Shown one piece after another: positions 51,816-62,571 of a DNA stretch of 64,000 nucleotides. Position numbers and translations under genes: made by a program. The DNA is taken from positions 95,621 to 159,620 of the forward strand of contig ONCO01000005.1 in assembly GCA_900316365.1 (NCBI GenBank), in the 5' to 3' direction. This DNA is from an uncultured Erysipelotrichaceae bacterium (lineage in GTDB: Bacteria > Bacillota_I > Bacilli_A > RFN20 > CAG-826). Positions within the stretch are counted from its first letter, which is position 1; every line of letters begins with the position of its first letter. The notes beneath the pieces are model-generated. The model saw only the letters and a list, made by a program, of their open reading frames with translations, did no database searches and had not been told where the DNA came from.

Positions 51816-54707
51816 ATGAATAAAAAGAAATTTGCTGTCCTGTTAGCCGTGAGTGCAATGGGAGCTGGGGCTTTGATGGCTTGCAACCCTGCAAAGGAAG
51901 AGTTATCCGATGCCCCTGAATTCAAGAAAGTCATCTTAAGTGATTTGACCGCCGGAAAGCCAGCCGGCTGGGCCGTTTCCGATGGTTGGACCAACGGAAC
52001 CCCTTTCGGTGTCGAATGGTCTAACAAACAGGCCAAGTTCGACGAGAACGGCATGACCTTCTCCATCTCCAAGGATGCGGAAGGCAAATACTATGGCGGT
52101 GAGATCAAGACCATCGGTGAAGATGGCGTCTTCAAATATGGTTATTACGGCGCGAGGATGAAACCAAGCAACGCCGTCGGCACCGTCTCTTCTTTCTTCA
52201 CCTACACCGGTCCGACTGAGGATAACCCACACGATGAAATCGACATCGAATTCTTAGGCAAGGACACCACCGAAGTCCAATTCAACTACTATGCCGAGTC
52301 GGACAAGAGCCACGAATTCAAATATAAGCTCGGCTTCGACGCCTCCAAGGATTTCCATGACTATGGTTTCTATTGGGACGATAAGCAGATCGTCTGGTAC
52401 GTCGATGGCGTCGCCGTCCATCGCGTCAAAGAAAGCATCCCAAGCCTTGGTCAGAGAATCATGACCAACTATTGGAAAGGCGATGACACCAAGAACATCA
52501 CCAACTGGATGGGTGCATATGACGATAAGAACCTCGAATCCACCCAGTCCGAATACAAGGCCATCTACTATGCCGACTTAGAAGGCAAAGGCCGCGTCTT
52601 CGAAACCGGTCCATCTACCGAAGATGGCACCCCAATCGAACTCTCCTTCAATAGCGCTGAAGAATACGTCGTCACCAACGGTGAAGACCATCATTCCGCC
52701 GACGTCACCTATGAAGGCGTCACCCAGAGCTATCACAACATCGTTTCCGCCCTTCCAGATGAAGCTGCCTCCAAGAACATCTTCTCTACCAAGATCAAGA
52801 ACTTAGGCAGCGAAGCCTCTATCGTCCGTATCAACATCAATAGCGATAAGGCCCATGGCGAGAACAACATCTACGCCATCAACACCAAGGGCAGCATCGA
52901 AGGACGCGGCGAAGTTAATACCGACCTCTCCTGGGGTGGAACCTACTTCACCGTTGAGCCAAACGAAGAAATCACCGCTGTCGTTGAATACGCCGGCAAA
53001 CCAAATAACGTCGAGTTGATGATCGACTCCACCAGAAGCGATGGCCCACACTCCGGTCACGTCCTCTTCTCAGATTACAAACTCGGTGGTTCCCAGACCG
53101 TCAATCCAGATGACAATCCAGAAGATCCAGATCCAGTCGATCCAAGTGATGATGAGGCCTTCGATCCAACTATCGTTGAAGGTGCTCTCCCATTAACCTT
53201 CTCTGCCAGCAGCGGTTATACCGTCACCGGTGTTAAGGAGAACAAGGCTGCCGAAGTCAGCTACACCGACCTTGAAGCCAACTACCAGACCGTTTGGGCT
53301 GATCTCCCAGCCGATGCGGCAACCAAGAATACCTTCACCGCGAAAGTTAAGAACCTCCGCGCCACGACCGTCAGTCTCCGCGTCAACGTCACTGCCGAAG
53401 AAACCCATGGTGCCCATGACATCACCGTCATCAACACCCGTGGCTACTACACCGGTGCGAGCACCAATGTTAGAACCGACCTTGAATGGGGCGGATCCTT
53501 CTTCGAAGTCGGTCCAAATGCCGAAATCGAAGTCAACGTCGTCTATGAAGGCAATGCGAAGAAAGTCGAATTCATGTTCGACTCCTCCAAAGTCCCTGGC
53601 ACCTATTCCGGCCATGTTGGTATCTCCAACTATCGCCTCTCTGGCGAACAGAGCAGCAGCACTGGTGGCGACACTGGTGGCGACACTGGCGAAACCGCTT
53701 ATGACCCAACCATTGTTGAGGGTGCTCTCCCATTAACCTTCTCTGCCAGCAGCGGTTACACCGTCTCCGGTGTCAAAGAAAACAAAGCCGCTGAAGTCAG
53801 CTATGCTGATCTTGAAGCCAACTACCAGACCGTTTGGGCTGATCTCCCAGCCGATGCTGCTAGCAAGAACACCTTCACCGCGAAGGTTAAAAACCTCGGC
53901 TCTGCAACCGTCAATGTCCGCGTCAACGTCACCGCTGATGTGACCCATGGCGATAACAACATCACCGTCATCAACACCCGTGGCTACTACACCGGTGCGA
54001 GCACCGATGTTAGAACCGACCTTGAATGGGGCGGATCCTTCTTCGAAGTTGCCGCTGGCGCTGAGATTGAACTCAACGTCGTCTATGAAGGCAACGCCAA
54101 GAAGGTCGAATTCATGTTCGACTCCTCCAGAGTTCCAGGCACCTATTCTGGCCACCTCGGCATCTCCAACTTCAGACTCTCTGGTGAACAGTCCGCTAGC
54201 ACCGGTGAAGAAACCGGCGGCGAAACTGGTGGCGAAATCTCTCAGAAGGTCGCCTTATCCAGCAAATTCGTCGGTAATGACAACTACGCTGTCGCCGATG
54301 GCGAAGATGGTCAGTCCGTCTCTTGGGCCAATATTGGCGGTAGTAGCTACCTCAACATCCAGAACTCTGTTGTTGCTTCCGAAATCGAAGGCGCCTCTGC
54401 TATTGAATTAGTCGTCCAGAACACCAGCGAAGAACTCCTTAAGGGCCGTGTTGACCTTATGAGTTGGGAACCGGAAACCCATCATGAGAAGAGCCATGTC
54501 GCCGGCGAAGGTATCGCAAGTGCCTATACCGACCTTCAATGGGGCGGAACCTCCTATTCCATCGAGGCTGGAGAGACTGGAACCATCACCGTTAATTTCG
54601 AAGGGAACTTCCAGACCATCTTGATGTACTTCAACTCCTCCACCTATGATGATGTTGGAACCCATAGCGGCAGCGCGCTTATCAAGAGCGTCTCCGCCAT
54701 CCGTTAA
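51816..54707 (+). CDS. Secreted GH16 beta-glucanase lipoprotein with four C-terminal carbohydrate-binding-module-like beta-sandwich domains
   Basis: Lipobox ALMAC. GH16 active site EIDIEFLG. Four ~175-aa modules, each with a DL(E/S/Q)WGG(S/T)(F/Y) motif. Start placed at MNKKKFAVLL. Confidence 0.8.
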   Translation: MNKKKFAVLLAVSAMGAGALMACNPAKEELSDAPEFKKVILSDLTAGKPAGWAVSDGWTNGTPFGVEWSNKQAKFDENGMTFSISKDAEGKYYGGEIKTIGEDGVFKYGYYGARMKPSNAVGTVSSFFTYTGPTEDNPHDEIDIEFLGKDTTEVQFNYYAESDKSHEFKYKLGFDASKDFHDYGFYWDDKQIVWYVDGVAVHRVKESIPSLGQRIMTNYWKGDDTKNITNWMGAYDDKNLESTQSEYKAIYYADLEGKGRVFETGPSTEDGTPIELSFNSAEEYVVTNGEDHHSADVTYEGVTQSYHNIVSALPDEAASKNIFSTKIKNLGSEASIVRININSDKAHGENNIYAINTKGSIEGRGEVNTDLSWGGTYFTVEPNEEITAVVEYAGKPNNVELMIDSTRSDGPHSGHVLFSDYKLGGSQTVNPDDNPEDPDPVDPSDDEAFDPTIVEGALPLTFSASSGYTVTGVKENKAAEVSYTDLEANYQTVWADLPADAATKNTFTAKVKNLRATTVSLRVNVTAEETHGAHDITVINTRGYYTGASTNVRTDLEWGGSFFEVGPNAEIEVNVVYEGNAKKVEFMFDSSKVPGTYSGHVGISNYRLSGEQSSSTGGDTGGDTGETAYDPTIVEGALPLTFSASSGYTVSGVKENKAAEVSYADLEANYQTVWADLPADAASKNTFTAKVKNLGSATVNVRVNVTADVTHGDNNITVINTRGYYTGASTDVRTDLEWGGSFFEVAAGAEIELNVVYEGNAKKVEFMFDSSRVPGTYSGHLGISNFRLSGEQSASTGEETGGETGGEISQKVALSSKFVGNDNYAVADGEDGQSVSWANIGGSSYLNIQNSVVASEIEGASAIELVVQNTSEELLKGRVDLMSWEPETHHEKSHVAGEGIASAYTDLQWGGTSYSIEAGETGTITVNFEGNFQTILMYFNSSTYDDVGTHSGSALIKSVSAIR
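53161..54234 (+). repeat. Near-identical tandem duplication (2 x ~537 bp) encoding CBM-like modules 2 and 3 of the GH16 protein
   Basis: 53161-53697 vs 53698-54234: long runs of identical nucleotides (e.g. ggtgctctcccattaaccttctctgccagcagcggtta). Protein identity ~85-90%. Confidence 0.85.
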
Positions 54708-54729
54708 CAAAAACTTCATTTTCTGAAGG

Positions 54730-54767
54730 CTAGGGACCTAGAGGTCTCTAGTCTTTTGATTTTTTGC
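54730..54767 (+). terminator. Terminator after the GH16-CBM gene
   Basis: ctagggacc-tagag-gtctctag, then tcttttgatttttt. Confidence 0.6.
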
Positions 54768-54784
54768 TATACTTTTTCTTGGAT

Positions 54785-55483
54785 ATGAAAATTGCGGTTG
54801 TTGATGATAATCCAAATGACGCGAATCGCCTATTAGAGGCCCTCTCTTCTTATGAGAAGTGGGAGGATGGGAAACCTGAGATTGAGGTTTTTCCTCGCGG
54901 CATAAAGTTCCTTGATCAATTCAAGCAGCTTTTCGACGTCGTCTTCATGGATATCGACATGCCTGTCATGGATGGTTTGGAGGTCAGCAAGAAGCTCCGT
55001 GAGCTCGATAGCGACATCCAGATTGTTTTCGTCACCAACTACGCCTCGCTAGCCATCAACGGCTATGAAGTCGCCGCGAGCGATTTCTTGGTTAAGCCAG
55101 TCACCAAAGACGGAGTCTATCGCTGCTTGGATAAAATCCAGGCTAAGGTGCAGGACAAGAAGAAGGGGAAGCGCATTATCGTCAAAGTCAAACACGGCTA
55201 TCAGGCGGTCAATGTCACCGATATTTATTACATCGAGGTCATGAAGCATGACGTCACTTTCCACTGCAAGGACGGCGACTTCACGATTCGCGGTTCCTTA
55301 AAAGAACTTGAGGCGGAACTCTCCCCAATGGATTTCGCTGAATGCTCCAATTGCTATTTGGTCAATCTCCGTTATGTCGATTCCCTTTCGGGCGACACCT
55401 GCCTCGTCAAAGGGGTGGAACTCCCGATCTCCAAGACCAGAAAGAAGGACTTCACCTCGAAGTTCCTCGATAGTATTGCCTAA
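54785..55483 (+). CDS. LytTR-family two-component response regulator
   Basis: Receiver domain VVDDNPND...FMDIDMPVMDGLEV. C-terminal LytTR domain IYYIEVMKHDVTFHCKDGDF. Confidence 0.85.
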   Translation: MKIAVVDDNPNDANRLLEALSSYEKWEDGKPEIEVFPRGIKFLDQFKQLFDVVFMDIDMPVMDGLEVSKKLRELDSDIQIVFVTNYASLAINGYEVAASDFLVKPVTKDGVYRCLDKIQAKVQDKKKGKRIIVKVKHGYQAVNVTDIYYIEVMKHDVTFHCKDGDFTIRGSLKELEAELSPMDFAECSNCYLVNLRYVDSLSGDTCLVKGVELPISKTRKKDFTSKFLDSIA

Positions 55484-56778
55484 TGGAAAACCTTTATTCA
55501 TTCACTTGGAATTCTGAATACGTAATCTCCCTTGCCGCGGCTTTTTTGCCGTTCGCGCTTGTTTTGCCAAAAAGAAAATACGGCATCTTGATGATGATCG
55601 CCGGCTTTATCGCCATCTATGGCCTTTGGTTTACTAGAACCATCCCGGGCTATTCCTTTGGCTTTGATGTCCTTTATTACATCGCCATTTATATAGGCCT
55701 CGTTTTCTTAATCCGTTATTCATGCGAATTGGATTTCATCGCTTCCTTATTCGTGGTCACGAACATCCTTTGCTTGCAGCACATCACCTACAAGGTCAAC
55801 TTGTCGATTGTTTCTTTAATCGATGTCCATCTCCGCGATACGTGGTGGTACTTCATCTATGACGTCTCCTCGATGGCGGTTTGCTCTGTCGCGGCCTATC
55901 TCCTCTTAGCCAGGAAGATGAAAGACGTTGAGATTACCATCAACTCCGCGATTCAGGTCGTCATTACCATCGCCGCCATCGTCGTAACCATCTTCTTATC
56001 CGAATACACCCAGCCGGTGTTGATCGCTAGGGTAGGCGACGATTACGGATACATAATCGCCTTAGTCTCGCTTTACGCCATTATCATCTGCGTCACTTCC
56101 ATGGCCTTCCTTTATCAAAGCGTAATCGCTGCCCACCTTAAGGAGGAGAACCGCGTCATGGGCTTGCTCATCGAGAAAGATAAGCAGCGTTATGAGACCG
56201 CGAAGCTCACCGCGGAGAAGATTCGCATCAAATACCATGACTTAAAGCATGAGATGAGTCAGAGGCAATTGGACGAGGAAGAGATGAAGGAATTCAAGGA
56301 AACCGAGACCAATTATCAATCCCTCATGTATAGCGGCTCTAAGGCTTTGGACCTCCTCCTTATGGAGAAGGTTTCCTTAGCGGAGAAACGTGGTTGCCAC
56401 ATCAAGTCCGTCGTAGACGGAAGCTTGCTTAGCTTCATGCCGTCATATCAGATCTATTCTTTATTCGGGAATATCTTAGATAACGCGATCAACGCCGCGA
56501 GCGAGATGAAAGAAGAGGAGGAGAAGATTATCTCCCTCTCAATCTCTTTGCTTAGGAGCAATATCGTCATCACCTGCAGCAACTATACGAAAGAAGCCCC
56601 GATCATCGTCGGCGGACTTCCTAAGACCAGGCATAAAGATAAGGAAAACCACGGTTACGGCATGAAATCCATCCGTAATACCGTTTTAGCCCATAAGGGT
56701 GTTTTCAAAATTACATACGAAGATAGGCAGTTTAAGTTAAAGATTGCCTTCCCTCATAAAGAGGAAGTTAAAGCTTAG
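55483..56778 (+). CDS. Sensor histidine kinase, GHKL/AgrC-LytS type (6 TM plus HATPase_c_5)
   Basis: N-terminal TM bundle. HDLKHEM H-box. [10 protein letters not shown]-box. GYGMKSI G-box. Confidence 0.8.
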   Translation: MENLYSFTWNSEYVISLAAAFLPFALVLPKRKYGILMMIAGFIAIYGLWFTRTIPGYSFGFDVLYYIAIYIGLVFLIRYSCELDFIASLFVVTNILCLQHITYKVNLSIVSLIDVHLRDTWWYFIYDVSSMAVCSVAAYLLLARKMKDVEITINSAIQVVITIAAIVVTIFLSEYTQPVLIARVGDDYGYIIALVSLYAIIICVTSMAFLYQSVIAAHLKEENRVMGLLIEKDKQRYETAKLTAEKIRIKYHDLKHEMSQRQLDEEEMKEFKETETNYQSLMYSGSKALDLLLMEKVSLAEKRGCHIKSVVDGSLLSFMPSYQIYSLFGNILDNAINAASEMKEEEEKIISLSISLLRSNIVITCSNYTKEAPIIVGGLPKTRHKDKENHGYGMKSIRNTVLAHKGVFKITYEDRQFKLKIAFPHKEEVKA

Positions 56779-58289
56779 TTATTGTCTTCCCAGCCTTGGC
56801 ACATTCTAACGGCCTTATGCCAATGGGAGAGGTATTTCTCGCGGTCTTCTTTGCTCATTTTTGGCTTAAAGGAGGAACCGACGCTTTCGCATTCCTTGAT
56901 TTCCTCTTTGTCTTTGAACAAGCCGACGGCTAAACCGGTGAGGTAATAGACGCCTAAAGCGGTGGATTCGGAGGAAGTTCCGCGGATGATCTCAGAATCG
57001 GAGATGTCGCTTTGGAACTGCATAAGGAAGTTATTCTTGGAGGCACCTCCGTCGACCTTGATCGCGTGAATAGGGAGGTTTGTATCCATTTTCATCGCTC
57101 CAACGAGGTCTGCGACCTGATAAGCGATGGATTCCAAAGCGGCGCGGATGATGTGGTTGCGGTTGCTGCCTCTAGTTAAACCGAAGATGGTGCCACGGGC
57201 ATACATGTCCCAATATGGAGCGCCCAAGCCGGTGAAGGCAGGGACGACATAAACGCCGCCATTATCTTTGACTTTGGTGGCGAAATATTCGGAGTCGGAA
57301 GCATCGACAATGAAGCGAAGCTGGTCTCTGACCCATTGCACGATTGCGCCGCCAACGAAGACGGAACCTTCTAAGGCATATTCAGGTTTGCCATCTTTTC
57401 CACTAGAAGCGGCGAGGGTGGTGACAAGACCGTTTTTACTCTTGATGTACTTGGAGCCGATATTCATAAGCAAGAAGCAGCCGGTGCCATAAGTGGTCTT
57501 AACATCACCTTCGGCAAAGCAGGTCTGGCCGAACAAAGCGGACTGCTGGTCACCAGCGACGCCGGCGATTGGGATGTCGTAGTCAAACATGTTGACGTTG
57601 CCGAAAATGCCAGAGCTCGCTTTGACTTCCGGGAGCATATTCATCGGGATGTTGAAGTATTCGCAGAGTTTCTTATCCCAGCAGAGGTCTTTGATGTTAT
57701 AGAGCATCGTACGGGAGGCGTTGCTATAGTCGGTTGCGAAGATCTTACCGTTGGTAAGCTTCCACATGAGCCAGGTGTCGACGGTGCCGAAGAGGAGTTC
57801 GCCTCTTTCGGCTTTTTCTCTTGCTCCTTCGACGTTATCGAGGATCCACTGTAACTTGGTCGCGGAGAAATAAGCATCTGGCAAAAGGCCAGTGTTCTCT
57901 TTGATGTATTCGGACATCTTCTTGTCCTTTTTGATGGTCTCGACGAGGTCGGCGGTGCGGCGGCATTGCCAGACGATGGCGTTATAGATTGGCTTGCCGC
58001 TGACCTTATCCCAAACGATCGTGGTTTCACGTTGGTTGGTGATGCCAATACCCAATATGTGCTTAGCGTGGATGCCAGACTGGGCGATGGCTTCAATCAT
58101 GACGGAATATTGTGAGGCATAGATTTCCATTGGATCATGCTCAACCCAACCAGGTTTTGGGAAGATCTGCTTGAATTCCTTCTGGACGACTTGGACGATT
58201 TTGCCGGAATTATCAAAGATAACGCAGCGGGAAGAGGTGGTGCCTTGGTCTAAGGCGATGATGTAACGGCGTTTGGCTGGCGTATTCAC
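56775..58289 (-). CDS. glpK: Glycerol kinase
   Basis: [32 protein letters not shown]. 504 aa. Confidence 0.95.
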   Translation of the reverse strand: MNTPAKRRYIIALDQGTTSSRCVIFDNSGKIVQVVQKEFKQIFPKPGWVEHDPMEIYASQYSVMIEAIAQSGIHAKHILGIGITNQRETTIVWDKVSGKPIYNAIVWQCRRTADLVETIKKDKKMSEYIKENTGLLPDAYFSATKLQWILDNVEGAREKAERGELLFGTVDTWLMWKLTNGKIFATDYSNASRTMLYNIKDLCWDKKLCEYFNIPMNMLPEVKASSGIFGNVNMFDYDIPIAGVAGDQQSALFGQTCFAEGDVKTTYGTGCFLLMNIGSKYIKSKNGLVTTLAASSGKDGKPEYALEGSVFVGGAIVQWVRDQLRFIVDASDSEYFATKVKDNGGVYVVPAFTGLGAPYWDMYARGTIFGLTRGSNRNHIIRAALESIAYQVADLVGAMKMDTNLPIHAIKVDGGASKNNFLMQFQSDISDSEIIRGTSSESTALGVYYLTGLAVGLFKDKEEIKECESVGSSFKPKMSKEDREKYLSHWHKAVRMCQGWEDNN

Positions 58290-58292
58290 TTT

Positions 58293-58646
58293 TCACTCCT
58301 TTTCAACCGTCTTGGTCGCAATGATATTGGCTCCGGTGCCGAGGATATTCTCCACGAGGACATCGCCGAGTTTGACCGGCGCTTTGAAAGATAAGGCGTC
58401 GATGATTTCCATCGCTTCGAAGATCTTCTCTTTCGGTAAAGGCTTGTCGCTTCTGCAAGAGGCTCTGGCGATATGGCCGCCCAAAACCTTGACGGTGGTG
58501 GTCAAAGTCCTTTCTGGATGGGTGAGCTCGCTTACGGCGTACTTCGCACCCCTTGGGCAGAAGTTGCCGGTGACCTCTAAGGTCTCAGTATCGATTTTGA
58601 GGTGGCATCCGCGTGGGCACTGGATGCAAATCATTTCCTTGATCAT
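58293..58646 (-). CDS. DUF1667 domain protein (CxxC...C Zn-ribbon-like; partner of FAD-dependent G3P dehydrogenase operons)
   Basis: MIKEMICIQCPRGCHLKI...GNFCPRG. 117 aa. Position between glpK and the oxidoreductases. Confidence 0.65.
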   Translation of the reverse strand: MIKEMICIQCPRGCHLKIDTETLEVTGNFCPRGAKYAVSELTHPERTLTTTVKVLGGHIARASCRSDKPLPKEKIFEAMEIIDALSFKAPVKLGDVLVENILGTGANIIATKTVEKE

Positions 58647-59908
58647 CAGTTTTTCCTCGCATAGACCTTGATGGTCTTCGCGCCTTCTAAGACTTCTTTC
58701 TTTAAAGGCAGTTTTTCCATTTCGGATGGGATGACTTTGAGTTTCCTAATGGCTTGGACCTCAACGCCGTCTTTCTCGATGACGATAGAGACGTTATCCA
58801 TTGGGGCACGGACACGGAAGGAGACTTCGCCATTACCTTCCATAAGGCTTGGGCGGAAGCTCTGTGGGCAGAGATAGCCAATGCCATCGCCCGGAAGCAT
58901 CTCGACGATTTCATCGGAGGACTTGCCGCCGTTTTGGATAAACATAGCCGCGGATTTGCCGGCTTTCTCGCCTTCTGCGGATACAAAGTCGACTAAGTCA
59001 TGGACTTGGAGGACGTTGCCGCAGGCGAAAATGCCTGGGACATGGGTCTCAAGGTTCTCATATACGAGCGGGCCTCTGGTGCGTCTATCTAGCTCGACGC
59101 CCGCGTTCTTGGAGAGTTCGTTTTCAGGGATTAAGCCGACGGAAAGGAGAAGGGTATCGCAATCGAAGGTGATTTCAGTTCCTGGGATTGGATTCTTCTT
59201 CTCGTCGACCTTGGAGATGACGACCTGTTTGACTCTTCTATGTTTCTCATCCGCGATGACGTTGGTGACGGTGTGGGAAAGATAGAGAGGGATGTCATAG
59301 TCCTTCAAGCACTGGACGATGTTACGGTTTAAGCCATTGGAATATGGGCAGATCTCAACGTCGGCGAGAACTTTCGCGCCTTCGAGGGTCATACGTCTGG
59401 CCATGATAAGACCGATGTCGCCTGAACCGAGGATAACGACGCGCTTACCTACAAGGTAGCCATCGATGTTGCAGTATTTCTGGGCCGCGCCAGCGGTGTA
59501 GATACCGGCAACGCGGTCACCTGGAATAGAAATCGCGCCGCGGCTTCTTTCGCGGCATCCCATAGCGAGGATTACCGCCTTCGCCTGGATTTGCTCTAAG
59601 CCATGCTGGCTGGACATGATGGTGACCACTTTCTCATTGGAGATATCAAGGGCCATCGTGTTGATGCGGACCTCGACGGAAGTGGAGGCGACCATCTCTT
59701 CATATCTAGCCGCGTATTCTGGACCGGAAAGCTCTTCTTTGAAACGGGTAAGGCCGAAGCCGTTATGAATGCACTGATTGAGAATGCCGCCTAAGGTGTC
59801 ATCTCTTTCGACGATGAGGATGTCCCTCTCGCCCGCTTGATAAGCTCCATAAGCAGCGGCTAAGCCGGCAGGACCGCCACCGATAATAACAAGATTGTGC
59901 TTAATCAT
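58646..59908 (-). CDS. NAD(P)/FAD-dependent pyridine nucleotide-disulfide family oxidoreductase
   Basis: MIKHNLVIIGGGPAGLAAA (FAD GxGxxG) and a second Rossmann GKRVVILGSGDIGL. Start placed at MIKHN; the track ORF is N-terminally over-extended. Confidence 0.75.
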   Translation of the reverse strand: MIKHNLVIIGGGPAGLAAAYGAYQAGERDILIVERDDTLGGILNQCIHNGFGLTRFKEELSGPEYAARYEEMVASTSVEVRINTMALDISNEKVVTIMSSQHGLEQIQAKAVILAMGCRERSRGAISIPGDRVAGIYTAGAAQKYCNIDGYLVGKRVVILGSGDIGLIMARRMTLEGAKVLADVEICPYSNGLNRNIVQCLKDYDIPLYLSHTVTNVIADEKHRRVKQVVISKVDEKKNPIPGTEITFDCDTLLLSVGLIPENELSKNAGVELDRRTRGPLVYENLETHVPGIFACGNVLQVHDLVDFVSAEGEKAGKSAAMFIQNGGKSSDEIVEMLPGDGIGYLCPQSFRPSLMEGNGEVSFRVRAPMDNVSIVIEKDGVEVQAIRKLKVIPSEMEKLPLKKEVLEGAKTIKVYARKN

Positions 59909-61359
59909 TATTTGGCACCTCCCTTGGTTTCGGCTACGGCGATAGAACTGCCTGTAGCGTCTTGGTAAACCTCGTCGAACTTGAGGTGGTTTTCCTTCAT
60001 GAGGATGTCGAAGACCTTTGGTCCGCAGAAGCCGCCTTGGCATCTACCCATGCCGGCGTTGGTCCTTCTCTTCACGCCATCGATGGAGACGGCTGGAAGA
60101 GGGGAGTGGATCGCTTCTAAGATTTCGCCTAAGGTGATGGTCTCGCAACGGCAGATTACCTGGCCATAGGCCGGGTTCTTCTTAATCATGGCTTCCTGCT
60201 CTTCTTTGGAGAGTTCCTTGAAGTACTTCGGAAGCGGGGTGAATTTGTAGTTATCTTTTTCTTTGAATTCGATGCCTTTCTCTTTTAAGAGGCGGATGGC
60301 TTCATAGCCAAAGGCAGGGCCACAGGTCAAACCTGGGGACTTGATGCCGGCGAAATTGAAGAAGCCTGGCATGCCTTCTTTCTCGCCGATAAGGAAATCA
60401 TCCATCTCAGCGATGGTGGCGCGTTCTCCGGCGAAGTTACGGATATTCTCGAAGAATGGGATATTCGGAACGCTTCTGGCGGAGGCGTCTCTAACGAACT
60501 TAAGGCCATCTAAGGTATTCGCGACATCTTCGCGGTATTTGACGTTGAGATTCGCGTCAGGACCGACGATTAAATTGCCATGGCAGGTCGGCGAGACAAG
60601 AACGCCTTTGCCCATCTTGCTTGGGGTTTGGAAGATAACCCTAGAGACCAAGTTGCCCTGGCTCTTATCCAATAAGTAATATTCGCCTTTGCACGGAGTG
60701 ATGGAGAAGGAATCCATGCCGAGGGCGTTATTGATATCATCGGAATTCAAACCCGCGCAGTTGAAGACATATTTGGCTTCGACGTCTCCTTTCGCGGTGG
60801 TTAAACGATACATTTCGCCTTTCTTTTCGATTTTGCTGACTTCGGCATCGCCTAAGAAAGTCGCTCCATTGACAACCGCATTAAGGGCCATCGCATAGGT
60901 GAGTTCCCACGGGGCGATGACGCCAGCGCTACCGGCATATAAAGCGTAATCAATCTCTGGGGCGAGGTTTGGTTCTAATTTATGGACCTCTTCTTTGCCC
61001 TTGATGATTTTCATGTCAGGGACTTTGTTGGCAAGGCCTCTCTCGTAGAGAGTATCGATTGCCTTATGGTCCTCTGGGGTTGCGCCGACGACCAAAGAGC
61101 CGCATTGCTTGAAATGGACGTTAAGCTTTGGGGCTAATTCGCGGATAAGCGCATTACCTTCAACATTGAGCCTAGCCATCTTGGTTCCGGGTTTCGGGTC
61201 ATAGCCCGCGTGGACGATGCCTGAATTGGCTTTGCTCGTCTTCATCGAGACGTCGTTCTCCTTGTCTAAGAGAACTACTTTTACATCATAGTGGCTTAAA
61301 ACGTAGGCAATAGAAGAGCCAACGACTCCAGCCCCTATGATCGCTACATCGTAGGTCAT
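59908..61359 (-). CDS. FAD-dependent glycerol-3-phosphate dehydrogenase/oxidase (GlpA-like) with a C-terminal BFD-like [2Fe-2S]-binding domain
   Basis: YDVAIIGAGVVGSSIAYVLS (FAD). C-terminal CRCETITLGEI...GMGRCQGGFCGP. Confidence 0.8.
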   Translation of the reverse strand: MTYDVAIIGAGVVGSSIAYVLSHYDVKVVLLDKENDVSMKTSKANSGIVHAGYDPKPGTKMARLNVEGNALIRELAPKLNVHFKQCGSLVVGATPEDHKAIDTLYERGLANKVPDMKIIKGKEEVHKLEPNLAPEIDYALYAGSAGVIAPWELTYAMALNAVVNGATFLGDAEVSKIEKKGEMYRLTTAKGDVEAKYVFNCAGLNSDDINNALGMDSFSITPCKGEYYLLDKSQGNLVSRVIFQTPSKMGKGVLVSPTCHGNLIVGPDANLNVKYREDVANTLDGLKFVRDASARSVPNIPFFENIRNFAGERATIAEMDDFLIGEKEGMPGFFNFAGIKSPGLTCGPAFGYEAIRLLKEKGIEFKEKDNYKFTPLPKYFKELSKEEQEAMIKKNPAYGQVICRCETITLGEILEAIHSPLPAVSIDGVKRRTNAGMGRCQGGFCGPKVFDILMKENHLKFDEVYQDATGSSIAVAETKGGAK

Positions 61360-61484
61360 AGGATATTTATCTCACTTTCGACTCTTATTATAGGTAGTTT
61401 TCTAAAGAAAGGAGAGCAATATTAACGAAAAAGATAAGGGAATTCCGTTGGTATTTTGTCCTTATCTATCAAGGTGAAATAAAA

Positions 61485-61510
61485 GCTCTGTCATCTTGCA
61501 TAACAGAGCC
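61485..61510 (-). terminator. Terminator downstream of galM (gctctgt...acagagc + U-tract on the minus strand)
   Basis: 7-bp perfect stem, flanked by aaaa / ttttac. Confidence 0.55.
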
Positions 61511-61516
61511 TTGGTT

Positions 61517-62485
61517 TTACTTCTTTTTCGAGAAGACGTAATAGATGTGGCGTTTCTTGATTTGACCAGGGAGGACGGCAATCGCGTCGAAGTCGTTTGG
61601 AATCTCCTCACACTCCAAGGCGATCGCGGAATATTTCTCCTCTATCCGGCCGTTGCTTAAGAGTTGTCCTTCGCGCGGATAGTTATTGGTATATACGGCG
61701 ATTGTTGGCATGTCGGTCTGGATTTCGAGGCGGTATTTCTGATTCTCCAAGACGGTGGACTTTCCGTTCGTCACATAGATGAAGTCGATGCCTCCGCCGG
61801 TGTCGCTTGGAAGAGTCGGATCTAAGCATACGTCCCTGATGATTTTAGGTTTTCTGAAGTCCAAAAGAGGAGGGACGGGTATTTGTTTATCCGGGGCTTT
61901 CATGACGGTCGTGTAGTATTTTTCGGCCGGAATCATGAGAGTGTCGCCTAAGACGGTTTGCTCTCCCCCAAGGTTAAAGTAGCTATGGCAGGTCAAACCG
62001 ACTGGGGTTGGTTCATCGGACTCTAATTCGTAGTCCATATAAAGGGTGTATTCCCCAGGAACTACCTTGAAGATGACAGTGAGTTTAACAGAACCAGGGA
62101 AACCGCCTTCTCCGCGCGGAGAAAAATAGCTCATTCTGACTTCGTTATTTGCGATTTCCTCTTCAAAGACATGGAAGGAGAAACCTTCTGGCCCACCATG
62201 AAGGGTATGGTGGAATGGATCGTTAAGAGGGAGATTGATGGTCTTGCCGTTGAACTTAAGCTCGCCATTAGGGACTCTGCCCGCATATCTACCGATTGTC
62301 TTGCCATAATAGGCATCGCTAATTTCGTAATCGTAATAGCCTTTTGGGCCGATGAGCATTGGGGCTCCATCGACGTATATCTGATACACTCCAGCGCCGA
62401 ATGTGGAGAGGACGACCTCAAAACCTGTACCGTTATTTAACGATACAAAGCGGCCTAATTTTCCAGGGATTGTAATAATGCTCAT
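61517..62485 (-). CDS. galM: Aldose 1-epimerase (galactose mutarotase family)
   Basis: GYYDYEISDAYYGKTIGRYAGRV and HHTLHGG, aldose-epimerase motifs. 322 aa. Confidence 0.85.
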   Translation of the reverse strand: MSIITIPGKLGRFVSLNNGTGFEVVLSTFGAGVYQIYVDGAPMLIGPKGYYDYEISDAYYGKTIGRYAGRVPNGELKFNGKTINLPLNDPFHHTLHGGPEGFSFHVFEEEIANNEVRMSYFSPRGEGGFPGSVKLTVIFKVVPGEYTLYMDYELESDEPTPVGLTCHSYFNLGGEQTVLGDTLMIPAEKYYTTVMKAPDKQIPVPPLLDFRKPKIIRDVCLDPTLPSDTGGGIDFIYVTNGKSTVLENQKYRLEIQTDMPTIAVYTNNYPREGQLLSNGRIEEKYSAIALECEEIPNDFDAIAVLPGQIKKRHIYYVFSKKK

Positions 62486-62515
62486 GGATTACCTCACCTT
62501 CCTTAGGAGAAGAAA

Positions 62516-62538
62516 CCCCCGACCGGAAACATCGGGGG
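62516..62538 (-). terminator. Hairpin (cccccga...tcggggg) after the GH94 gene stop
   Basis: 7-bp stem followed by a U-rich tract on the minus strand. Confidence 0.5.
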
Positions 62539-62571
62539 TTCCCAAAGGAGAAAAACTGCTGAAGACCTTTG

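Noticed and set aside
53161-54234. CRISPR-like or non-coding tandem repeat
   Set aside because: The ~537-bp repeats are in-frame coding sequence of CBM-like domains within the GH16 ORF. No short spacer-repeat periodicity was seen anywhere in the window.
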